From: a virus | Length of the DNA stretch: 64,000 bases | Virus record (IMG/VR): IMGVR_UViG_3300009553_000019 | Location: 1 to 64,000 of that record | Reading direction: 5' to 3' (one strand) | Shown here: one piece after another, positions 56,746 through 64,000 of the stretch | Numbering within the stretch: position 1 is the first letter of the stretch | Layout of the letters: every line of letters starts with the position of its first letter | The notes under the pieces: generated by a model | The model's database searches: none | What the model saw: the letters and a program-made list of their open reading frames with translations, nothing else | What the model was told of the DNA's origin: nothing | Program-made: the position numbers and the translations under genes

Positions 56746-56924
56746 AGATTCTATTTCAGGTTTGGTCTGTAGGGGCTATTGTTGCTGCCAGTATAGTTGA
56801 CGTTGAAGCAGTAAACAAAGTTGGCTGGTACAAATTACGAGAGATTTTAACAAATTTGGTGATTTCTTTAATCTGGCCTGTTTTGCCACTTCTTTACCTC
56901 TATGGTAAAATACGAGGGAAATGA
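56742..56924 (+). CDS. Small membrane protein
   Basis: Hydrophobic, LIWPV motif; ATGA coupling on both sides. Confidence 0.55.
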   Translation: MKILFQVWSVGAIVAASIVDVEAVNKVGWYKLREILTNLVISLIWPVLPLLYLYGKIRGK

Positions 56925-57937
56925 GTCGTCTGCTAATCTGTGATGGAAATCCGTTGGCGTGGCGGAGTGCTCAGATTTATGAAAACCTAAGAACGAAATC
57001 AGGAATCCAAACCGGGATTATTTTTGGGGCACTTGAAAACCTGATTCGTGGAGTTACTGCTACCAAGCCAGATTCAATTATCGTAACCTGGGATATCAAC
57101 CGATCTCGATGGCGTAAAGAATTGCTTCCTAGCTACAAGTGTAGTCGAGATGTTAAGAAGTCTGCTTCTCAGGTAATCACCATAGACAATGTTGCAGAAC
57201 AGATGCTCTTAACAAGAAAGATTCTTGATCGAGCAGGTGTTCATCAGATTGGTGTTCCAGGAGTAGAGGCTGACGATCTTATTGGCATCCTCTCATCTGC
57301 TTTTGATCAGACGGGAAGCTATGATGAGGTGGTGATTATGTCACAGGATCATGACCTTCATCAGCTGATTCGCGGTCGAGTAAAATTCTACGAGCCAGTA
57401 AAGAAACAGTACATCACACCTGACTTTGTCAGAGAGAAGTTTTCTGGATTTGGCCCAGATGATCTAACACAGATCATGGCTTTGACAGGAGATGGTGGAG
57501 ATGATATACCTGGCATAAATGGAATCGGAGATGTATATGCAGTCAAGTTTCTAAAAGAATTTGGCTCTTTGGAAGCTCTTTTAGATCCTGCAAATGATGA
57601 TAGACTTAAAACTAGCAAACGTGGTCAGTCTATCATCGATGGTCGAGATATTATTCGAAAAGCCTTAAAGTTGGTTACTGTACCTAAAGTTGATGATTTC
57701 TCTCAATACCTAAACCAAGCTGAAATTTCAGCGTTTGTCGAAACTGTACGTTTACCTCCCCAAGCAGATCGATTTTCCTTTATTGGACTTGCAGAGCAAT
57801 ACGAGTTGAGGAAGTTTATAGGATCAGTGGATACAATTCTTCGAGATCCTCCAAATTTCTCTGGTTTTGAAAAGTGGTTCGAAATGACTCCAGAACGAAA
57901 TTTCGAATCAGATGCTAACCTTTTCTGGGAGAGGTAA
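56921..57937 (+). CDS. 5'-3' exonuclease / flap endonuclease (PolA N-terminal/T4 RNase H-like)
   Basis: LLICDGN, V.WD...S.WR...P.YK..R, EADD.IG, S.D.DL.QL, AL.GD..D.IPGI.GIG...A. Confidence 0.92.
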   Translation: MSRLLICDGNPLAWRSAQIYENLRTKSGIQTGIIFGALENLIRGVTATKPDSIIVTWDINRSRWRKELLPSYKCSRDVKKSASQVITIDNVAEQMLLTRKILDRAGVHQIGVPGVEADDLIGILSSAFDQTGSYDEVVIMSQDHDLHQLIRGRVKFYEPVKKQYITPDFVREKFSGFGPDDLTQIMALTGDGGDDIPGINGIGDVYAVKFLKEFGSLEALLDPANDDRLKTSKRGQSIIDGRDIIRKALKLVTVPKVDDFSQYLNQAEISAFVETVRLPPQADRFSFIGLAEQYELRKFIGSVDTILRDPPNFSGFEKWFEMTPERNFESDANLFWER

Positions 57938-57939
57938 AC

Positions 57940-58257
57940 ATGTATTTATCATTGATAGAGACAGAACGAGTTTTTGGTTTTAAACCTAGATTAGCATTTG
58001 AAATCTACCAAAGAGAGGCTAGCAGTAATCATTTTTGGTTACTACAAGAACCAGGAGAAACCTTCTTTTGGATGCGACAGATCTTGTACAAAGAGAGGGA
58101 TATCAGTGTAGAGATTACTGGGTATCTAGGTAGGACAGTTCCTGAAACCCGAGTAGCAAATCAACCTAATTTGCAAGATCTTTGGAAGAAGTGGTATAGT
58201 CAAGCAGTTCAAAGCAGGGCTGGAATTCTTTGCCAGCCAGTAGTATACCCTTGCTGA
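57940..58257 (+). CDS. Hypothetical protein
   Basis: RBS GAGG; 105 aa. Confidence 0.55.
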   Translation: MYLSLIETERVFGFKPRLAFEIYQREASSNHFWLLQEPGETFFWMRQILYKERDISVEITGYLGRTVPETRVANQPNLQDLWKKWYSQAVQSRAGILCQPVVYPC

Positions 58258-58267
58258 AGTAGTTTTA

Positions 58268-58350
58268 GCTCCATTGGCGTAATGGCAGCCGCAGAGGACT
58301 TAAAATCCTTTACTAGCAATAGTGTCCCGGTTCGAGTCCGGGATGGAGCA
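58268..58350 (+). tRNA. tRNA-Leu(TAA)
   Basis: Acceptor GCTCCAT/ATGGAGC; anticodon arm GAGGA-CTTAAAA-TCCTT; long variable arm ACTA-GCAA-TAGT; T-loop GTTCGAGTC; CCA not encoded. Confidence 0.93.
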
Positions 58351-58371
58351 CTGAAAGAAAGGAGGTTCAAA

Positions 58372-58698
58372 GTGTCACAAAGAGATCGTAAGCTAATCGA
58401 AAGCTGTATCGCAAGGCATAGCATCTTCAACCCTGTTCGATGGTTATTGAGGATTGGTATTGTCAGACCATATGAGAAGTCTACTCTAAACCTGAAATTA
58501 GGTAAAGTTGAGATTGACTGTCAATTAAAGGGACCTTTTAGTTGGGAACCTAAACACATATGGGTTTATGTCTGGAAGAGTGAAAGACGTATAGGTTTTT
58601 TTAGAAACTTGCCTGGGGTTGTTAACGACGTTGGAACATGGCTGCCACGTAGGTGGGGATTTTACATAGTCGGGTTTGAGTTTGGACAACGAGGTTAA
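58372..58698 (+). CDS. Hypothetical protein (start re-assigned to GTG after the tRNA)
   Basis: AAAGGAGG RBS 6 nt before GTG 58372, in frame with the track ORF. Confidence 0.65.
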   Translation: MSQRDRKLIESCIARHSIFNPVRWLLRIGIVRPYEKSTLNLKLGKVEIDCQLKGPFSWEPKHIWVYVWKSERRIGFFRNLPGVVNDVGTWLPRRWGFYIVGFEFGQRG

Positions 58699-59044
58699 GT
58701 CTGCTGAAACGGTGGTTAAAGATTGGTATGTATATATGCTAATCAGTCAGAAAGACCAATCGATATACACTGGTATAACCACTGATCTGAATAGAAGAGT
58801 TAACCAACACAATTCTGGATCTGGTGCTAGGCATACTAGAAGTAGGCGACCATATCGACTACTTGGTTATGTCACCATTGGTGAATGCCCTGCTTTTGTA
58901 GAATCACCTCAGTCTAGAGCGTTGAAGCTTGAAGCTAAGGTAAAAACGCTAACTCATCAGGAAAAGTTAGAACTAGCATTGTCTAGGCTCTGGCAAGGGC
59001 CCCTGGTAGAATTAGTTAACAAGAATCTTGTTTTAGGTACTTGA
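58676..59044 (+). CDS. GIY-YIG nuclease (UPF0213/YhbQ-like, stand-alone)
   Basis: WYVYML, IYTGITTDL.RR..QHNSG.GA.HT..RRP, S.ALKLE..VK.L...K. Start uncertain. Confidence 0.88.
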   Translation: MSLDNEVKSAETVVKDWYVYMLISQKDQSIYTGITTDLNRRVNQHNSGSGARHTRSRRPYRLLGYVTIGECPAFVESPQSRALKLEAKVKTLTHQEKLELALSRLWQGPLVELVNKNLVLGT

Positions 59045-59077
59045 TTTGTTGCATATCATTATTATGATATTTGTATA
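59041..59077 (+). promoter_or_regulatory. Conserved early promoter copy 5 (ends in ATA, short leader)
   Basis: TTGATT-N16-TATGAT-ATTTGT-ATA, then GGAAG and ATG at 59089. Confidence 0.8.
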
Positions 59078-59088
59078 GGAAGTTGAAG

Positions 59089-59406
59089 ATGGACCTCAAA
59101 TCAAAGTATCAGAACAAAGAAGCATTCGAACTTGACGAGCACCTATTTAGCTGGTCTGATACGTCGGCTACTGGAAGCTCTCACGGGGTTCTGTTTACTG
59201 ATATTGGAACTGACGACCATTTCTCTAAGGGCTTTTCTGTAGAGTTTGATGAGTCACAGTTGCGGGTTTGGGATTATTCGCAACAAAAAGTCGTAGAAGA
59301 GTACGACGCAGAGTTTCTTATCAGCGTAGTTGAGGAGTTGCTGTTGAAGTACAAGGAGATGAGCGATGAAGGATTTGGGGAAAAATTCAACGACCCACCA
59401 CGATGA
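59089..59406 (+). CDS. Hypothetical acidic protein
   Basis: ATG 59089 with AGGA upstream, in frame with the track ORF. Confidence 0.6.
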   Translation: MDLKSKYQNKEAFELDEHLFSWSDTSATGSSHGVLFTDIGTDDHFSKGFSVEFDESQLRVWDYSQQKVVEEYDAEFLISVVEELLLKYKEMSDEGFGEKFNDPPR

Positions 59407-59551
59407 TGGATTCTCTCAAAGAATTGACAGAATCAAGAATCTTCTAACCTATGAAGTCGCTTTGCAAGATTTCCCTCTAGATTCTAACCCATATGAAATT
59501 ATCGGAGCAAAACTTTTGTTGAAGTGGGGAGCCAATGCCAACCGTATTTGA
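59366..59551 (+). CDS. Small hypothetical protein
   Basis: AAGGAG upstream; bridges to the ligase; overlaps both neighbours. Confidence 0.4.
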   Translation: MKDLGKNSTTHHDDGFSQRIDRIKNLLTYEVALQDFPLDSNPYEIIGAKLLLKWGANANRI

Positions 59552-60827
59552 AATTTTTGAAGCTCTTGAAGCCGAACCTAGCAGGTTGGCAAAAGAGGCA
59601 ATCTTGAAGGAGAACAAGGACAATGAGCTACTTCGTGATTGCTTCTCTGCAGCCCTGGATCCGTATCGTCAGTATGGCGTAACGAATTTTAACAAGCCAG
59701 TTCCAGTTCCAGTTAACCAGCAATCTAGCACTGATGGTGTAGTTAAAAATTGGCTAAATCTGCTGACAATTTTTCAACGCAGGATTAACGTTGGTAATGC
59801 AGCTAGGACTAGAATTTTTGAATTCTTTTCCGCATGTACTGCACTAGAACAAAAATGGTGTGAGCGAATCATTACAAAAAATCTACGGTGTGGAGCTACT
59901 GAAGCAACCGTCAACAAAATCTGGCCAAAGCTCATCCCCAAATTTGAAGTTCAGTTAGCTGAAGAAGCAAAACTGGATGAGGTTAAGTACCCAGTCTATG
60001 TAGATCGAAAGATCGATGGGCTTCGATTGATCGCTTTTATCAGCCAAGGAACTGTTACGCTGATGACTCGTGGTGGTAAAGAGGTTGAAACCTTGCCAGC
60101 ACTTACTGAAGCTCTTTCCAAACTAGTTGGAGATTGGGTTCTGGATGGGGAAATTTACGGTGGAAACTGGAATGACAGTCAATCAGTAATCCACAGCTCC
60201 AAGACTCGTAAAGACGATTCAAAGATGGTTTACAACGTTTTTGATGCTATGAGTTTAGCTGAATGGCGATCTCAAAATTCACTCGATTTTTTGAGTCGAC
60301 AAAAACTGCTAATGCAATTGGTTCAAAAAATCGATTCCCCACTAGTAGTTCGAGTTGAGGGTGATATTGTAGTCGATGAAGAAACTTTGATGCTCTTTCA
60401 CAAGAAGAGCTTAGAGCTTGGCTATGAAGGTACTATGCTGAAGACCTTAGATTCAAGCTACAAGTTTGGCAGAGGAAAGAACGTAACAAAATTAAAACCA
60501 CTTTCTCGATGGACGGGAGTTGTTGTTGGGAGTTATCGTGGCAGCAAGGGAGGAAAATGGGAAAACGAGTTTGGCGGGTTCTATGTGATGGTAAAAGGGA
60601 GCAAGCGCCCAACACAGGTTGGGGGTGGTTTTTCTGATGAGCAACGAAAGACTTTTCTAGGTGCTGGGGTTGGCAGAGTAGTCGAAGTTGAGGGTCAGGA
60701 GCTTACAAAAGACGGGATGATTCGATTTCCTGTTTTTGTAGGTTTTCGTGAAGAAGCGGATCTTGATTCTCAAACAGTTTATGAGCTGAAAGAGTTGGTT
60801 AGTTACTGGATGACTAGAAATGGCTGA
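59535..60827 (+). CDS. lig: ATP-dependent DNA ligase
   Basis: Motif I KIDGLR, III VLDGEI, IIIa YNVFD, IV GYEGTMLK, V KLKP, OB-fold VGGGFSD..R, VI RFPVF..FR. Confidence 0.95.
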   Translation: MPTVFEIFEALEAEPSRLAKEAILKENKDNELLRDCFSAALDPYRQYGVTNFNKPVPVPVNQQSSTDGVVKNWLNLLTIFQRRINVGNAARTRIFEFFSACTALEQKWCERIITKNLRCGATEATVNKIWPKLIPKFEVQLAEEAKLDEVKYPVYVDRKIDGLRLIAFISQGTVTLMTRGGKEVETLPALTEALSKLVGDWVLDGEIYGGNWNDSQSVIHSSKTRKDDSKMVYNVFDAMSLAEWRSQNSLDFLSRQKLLMQLVQKIDSPLVVRVEGDIVVDEETLMLFHKKSLELGYEGTMLKTLDSSYKFGRGKNVTKLKPLSRWTGVVVGSYRGSKGGKWENEFGGFYVMVKGSKRPTQVGGGFSDEQRKTFLGAGVGRVVEVEGQELTKDGMIRFPVFVGFREEADLDSQTVYELKELVSYWMTRNG

Positions 60828-61005
60828 TATAAAGACTAACAAACAGTGGTTTAAAAGCTTAGACAGAGAAGGTAGAAAGCACGTCCTTAGCATGCTCCAT
60901 GAGGTGAGAGTATCATTTCGTCATTTTGAAGGGATTTCTAATCCCGAGGACGTTGTTAGCTCATACATAAAAGAGTTTGAAGATATTCACATCAAGATTT
61001 TTTAG
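60820..61005 (+). CDS. Small hypothetical protein
   Basis: 61 aa, overlaps the ligase stop. Confidence 0.5.
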   Translation: MADIKTNKQWFKSLDREGRKHVLSMLHEVRVSFRHFEGISNPEDVVSSYIKEFEDIHIKIF

Positions 61006-61017
61006 ACCTGACTCTAC

Positions 61018-61055
61018 TTGATTTCTTTGTAGTCCATTATTATGATGTTTGTATG
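61018..61055 (+). promoter_or_regulatory. Conserved early promoter copy 6
   Basis: TTGATT-N17-TATGAT-GTTTGT-ATG(61053). Confidence 0.8.
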
Positions 61056-61063
61056 AGGATCTC

Positions 61064-62707
61064 ATGGGAAGAGTAGATAGAGGTTTAGTCAAGAAAAGAG
61101 CTGAGCTTTTTCTAAAAGAACTCAAACCTGGAATGACTGTAAAGGAGATTGAAGCTGCTAGTAAAATCTCAGCATCTCTTAGAGGTTTACCTAAACGTGC
61201 TGTTAGAGCAGTTTTGATGGGTACATATGCGTCGTTGCAGAAAGCAGGAAAAGTCAGAGTGATAGCTGGAAGGGATATGGCAACTAGTCATGAAAAGTTT
61301 CACATTGCAGATCCAAAACCGAGCTTTCAAGAAGCTAGCAGAGCTACAAAAGGTTTAAATGCTGGAACCTTTTCAACTCCTTACAAAGGAGTTGTGGACC
61401 AATCCCCCATTCAAGAACTAGATAAGGGCTTCTCTTCAGGCCCTTTGACTCCTGAAGGACAGGCAATGTTATCACCCCTTTCTTCTCTTGGTAGACCACC
61501 AAAAGATGAATATCCCGAACGTGCTGAAGAGGATGTCAACAGGTGGTTAAAGTTCAAAACTCTAGATCACCAGCAACGATTTAAAACAGAGGTGGAAAAG
61601 TTTGAGGCTGACATTAACAAAATTGTAGTAGATGCAGGCCTTCAATACTTAAACGATTTTGAACGGGTAGCTTTTGCGTGGGTTAGTGGAGAGAAACTAA
61701 GTGGAAGCTTTGACCCACTAGCTTTAGCAAAGCTAATAGCATCTGTCTACAAGATCTCTCGTCATCCAGTTTGGTGTGATCAAAAACAAAGTTCAAACAC
61801 TTTTGAAATTGAGACTACCCTAGCTGCTAGAGTGATCTCTGAGTTGCAAGTAGTTAAAGCGGATCTCGTGGAGGTGTTTAAGGGTGTAAACGCCTTACAT
61901 ACCTACGCTGACAAAAAGAAGCTTCCTGGCTGGGACTACTACTTTAGCTCTGGAGCATCTTATGTAGAAGTATCAAAAGGAAGATTTGATACTTTTTTGC
62001 AGCTTTGGCTAAGGTCAGGGTTTGCTAGATTGAATGTAGGTCACAAATTAGCGGCAGCTTTAGCCTTAACTGATGCCCCAGAGATTCCTCTTCATTCGCC
62101 ATGGGACGCTTGGAGCCTGACTATCCCCGATGGATTCTTTTCAAACCTTAAGATTGAACCTGTAGCAAAAAATGGTAACCCAACTAAAAGTGAGGATGCT
62201 ACAGTCTCTCTCAGAAGGGCATGGTTCATAGGAACAGAAATCGTTTGTCTTCTGGGTGATTGGGAAGGTGCTACTCGAGGTACTGCAATCACTTGGAATG
62301 AACATATGGATCTGTGCTATGGTAAAGACATCGTCCAGATGGTTAAAAACCTTGGGATGGGAGCTATAGCAGCTATTGAGAATCACCCAGTTAAGCAGTC
62401 AAGTAGCTGGGGATCTACTAGGTCAAAAACAAATGAGAAACGACTAGAAGCTCCAGCTGTTGGAGCAACTTACGAACTAGCAGCTCCTGTCACAATTGAT
62501 CTCCGAGATGATTTAAAGCGAATTGTAGCTGGTGAAAGACGTGGCAAAGGTACTTCGCCAAAAGCTTACTGGATTGTCAAAGGGCATTGGAAGCAACAAG
62601 TCCATGGTCCAAAACGAGGTCTTAGAAAGACGATCTGGATCGAACCTTACCCCAAGGGCGACCCCAGCTTAAAGGTTCTTATGAGAACGGTTGATGTAGA
62701 TGAGTGA
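61064..62707 (+). CDS. Hypothetical protein with C-terminal V.GHW..Q..GP....RK.IWI.PY.KG motif
   Basis: ATG 61064 with GAGG RBS; C-terminal motif recurrent in phage proteins of unknown function. Confidence 0.65.
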   Translation: MGRVDRGLVKKRAELFLKELKPGMTVKEIEAASKISASLRGLPKRAVRAVLMGTYASLQKAGKVRVIAGRDMATSHEKFHIADPKPSFQEASRATKGLNAGTFSTPYKGVVDQSPIQELDKGFSSGPLTPEGQAMLSPLSSLGRPPKDEYPERAEEDVNRWLKFKTLDHQQRFKTEVEKFEADINKIVVDAGLQYLNDFERVAFAWVSGEKLSGSFDPLALAKLIASVYKISRHPVWCDQKQSSNTFEIETTLAARVISELQVVKADLVEVFKGVNALHTYADKKKLPGWDYYFSSGASYVEVSKGRFDTFLQLWLRSGFARLNVGHKLAAALALTDAPEIPLHSPWDAWSLTIPDGFFSNLKIEPVAKNGNPTKSEDATVSLRRAWFIGTEIVCLLGDWEGATRGTAITWNEHMDLCYGKDIVQMVKNLGMGAIAAIENHPVKQSSSWGSTRSKTNEKRLEAPAVGATYELAAPVTIDLRDDLKRIVAGERRGKGTSPKAYWIVKGHWKQQVHGPKRGLRKTIWIEPYPKGDPSLKVLMRTVDVDE

Positions 62708-63158
62708 GCAAGAATTTATCGTGATGCTAACCTTAGGTTGGTGTCGGTCATTCTCTGCTAAACACTTAGGCCAAAGAGTTCAGGCATATAAGATATTCTC
62801 TGATGGTTCAGAGGAGTTAATGACTGGTACATCGGTGGTAGGACAGTCATTAACCTCTCCCAAGGATAGAGGTTCCAAGTTCTGGTTTCTAGCTAAGGTT
62901 CCATTCTGTAACCAAGACAAAATCAGGCTGGAAGTTTTTAGTGGTTACAAGACGAAAGGTGAAGATGAACGACTAACCTTTCGAAAACTATATATCGTTG
63001 TTGCTGATGCTCCAATTAGGGAGTTTTCAATACCTAATGTTGGTTACAGGGGTGTACCACTTTTGAAGGGTAGGCTACTTGAAGTTGCAAGTTTGTCCAA
63101 CGAAGAGGTTAAAAACCATGCTATTAACCAAATTCTAACCGATGAAGAAGGGATGTAG
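62700..63158 (+). CDS. Hypothetical protein
   Basis: 152 aa, overlaps the previous stop. Confidence 0.6.
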   Translation: MSEQEFIVMLTLGWCRSFSAKHLGQRVQAYKIFSDGSEELMTGTSVVGQSLTSPKDRGSKFWFLAKVPFCNQDKIRLEVFSGYKTKGEDERLTFRKLYIVVADAPIREFSIPNVGYRGVPLLKGRLLEVASLSNEEVKNHAINQILTDEEGM

Positions 63159-63203
63159 CAGTAGGTAGAATAACTTGAATACGTCCTAACGGAGTGATAA
63201 AGT

Positions 63204-64000
63204 TTGCCGATCGACATAGATGTTCTAGACGAAAAACACCTATCAATCAGTTTGGTTGACCAAAGACATGCACAGCAAGTAAATCTACTTTGTCAGTCTT
63301 TACTGAATAGTCAGTTTGAAAGGCTAAAAAATCACTGGAAAATAACATGGCACGATCTGGTTCATCTAAGATCAAAGATGGACAAGATGGGGTTGAATTC
63401 TGGTAGATCCGCTACTGATGAGGCTATTGCCTGGTTTAAAAATCAGGAAGCTGAGGATGCTAACATTGATCACATCAAGGCTGGATTACAGAATGATCAG
63501 CTGAATGGGATTCAGAAATTACTCAAAACCAATCCCTATGCAGATCAACTAAGCGGGATTAGGTTTTTAACCACTAGACCTAGAGCGGTTTTAGCAGACG
63601 AGATGGGGATTGGAAAGACTCTCCAACTATTGTCCGCTTATGCTTGGTTAAAAGAGACTGAAGGGGTTGGTCCATTTTTAGTGATCTGTCCTAATGCAGT
63701 CAAGCAAGGGTGGGTAAAAGAGGTTGCAAAGCATACCAATCTAACTGTGAAAGCTTTAGGGAATGGTTCAACCCAGCTTGCTCTAGACTTTGCAGAGTAC
63801 AGAAAGAACAGAACTGATGTTCTTGTCATCCACTTTGATGGGATGGTAACAGTCACTTCGAAGAACAATAAGCGAAAGAAGGCATGGTCAGAGCTAGTTG
63901 AAGATATGCTAAAGCTTCCATGGGGTGGCATTATTATCGATGAGGCTCATCAAGCTAAGAACCTAGAAGTAAAGAGAGCCAAAGCATCACTTTACTTCTG
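63204..64000 (+). CDS. SNF2-family (SF2) helicase/ATPase, truncated by window end; not in ORF track
   Basis: TTG start with GGAG upstream. PY.DQ..G, LADEMGIGKT (Walker A), LVICP..V...W..E, IIIDEAH..KN (Walker B). Confidence 0.92.
   Translation, partial: MPIDIDVLDEKHLSISLVDQRHAQQVNLLCQSLLNSQFERLKNHWKITWHDLVHLRSKMDKMGLNSGRSATDEAIAWFKNQEAEDANIDHIKAGLQNDQLNGIQKLLKTNPYADQLSGIRFLTTRPRAVLADEMGIGKTLQLLSAYAWLKETEGVGPFLVICPNAVKQGWVKEVAKHTNLTVKALGNGSTQLALDFAEYRKNRTDVLVIHFDGMVTVTSKNNKRKKAWSELVEDMLKLPWGGIIIDEAHQAKNLEVKRAKASLYF

Noticed and set aside
58676-59044. GIY-YIG gene as a homing endonuclease or intron
   Set aside because: It is a short stand-alone UPF0213-like domain with no DNA-binding extension, and no interrupted gene flanks it.
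719-63931. Minus-strand and nested short ORFs in the track (e.g. 25853..26518, 39736..40188, 44126..44572, 63638..63931)
   Set aside because: They are antisense or alternate-frame shadows of well-supported + strand genes, with no recognisable motifs.
1-64000. Stop-codon reassignment (alternative genetic code)
   Set aside because: Genes are full length under code 11, all three stops are used, and no suppressor tRNA is present.

Overview
The window is a 64-kb segment of a large, AT-rich (roughly 40% GC by eye) contractile-tailed (myovirus-like) phage genome, with every credible gene on the + strand. 1-12.5 kb is a virion-appendage block: a Thr-rich collagen-like fibre, three proteins (two DUF4038/GH140-like glycoside hydrolases and a beta-rich domain) sharing a C-terminal APFLCxNF tag, a GT2-TPR-GT4 glycosyltransferase, a GT4, and a B12-binding radical SAM enzyme. 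12.5-49.5 kb is the neck/tail/baseplate module: sheath, tube, a -1 frameshifted tail chaperone behind a structured RNA leader, three paralogous tape-measure-like genes, hub, spike, wedge and two paralogous beta-helix fibres, with a stand-alone response regulator between sheath and tube. 49.8-64 kb is an early/middle region driven by six copies of a conserved promoter that mostly ends directly in a start codon. It holds 3 tRNAs, an ADP-ribosylglycohydrolase, a near-complete excision-repair toolkit (pyrimidine-dimer glycosylase, PolX, 5'-3' exonuclease, GIY-YIG nuclease, ATP ligase) and a truncated SNF2 helicase. A myxobacterial/deltaproteobacterial host is suggested but not proven. The best novelty candidates are (i) the length-matched tape-measure triplet and (ii) the APFLCxNF-tagged enzymes with the neighbouring fibre glycosylation/methylation cassette. 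All family calls come from motif recognition only; no searches were run.
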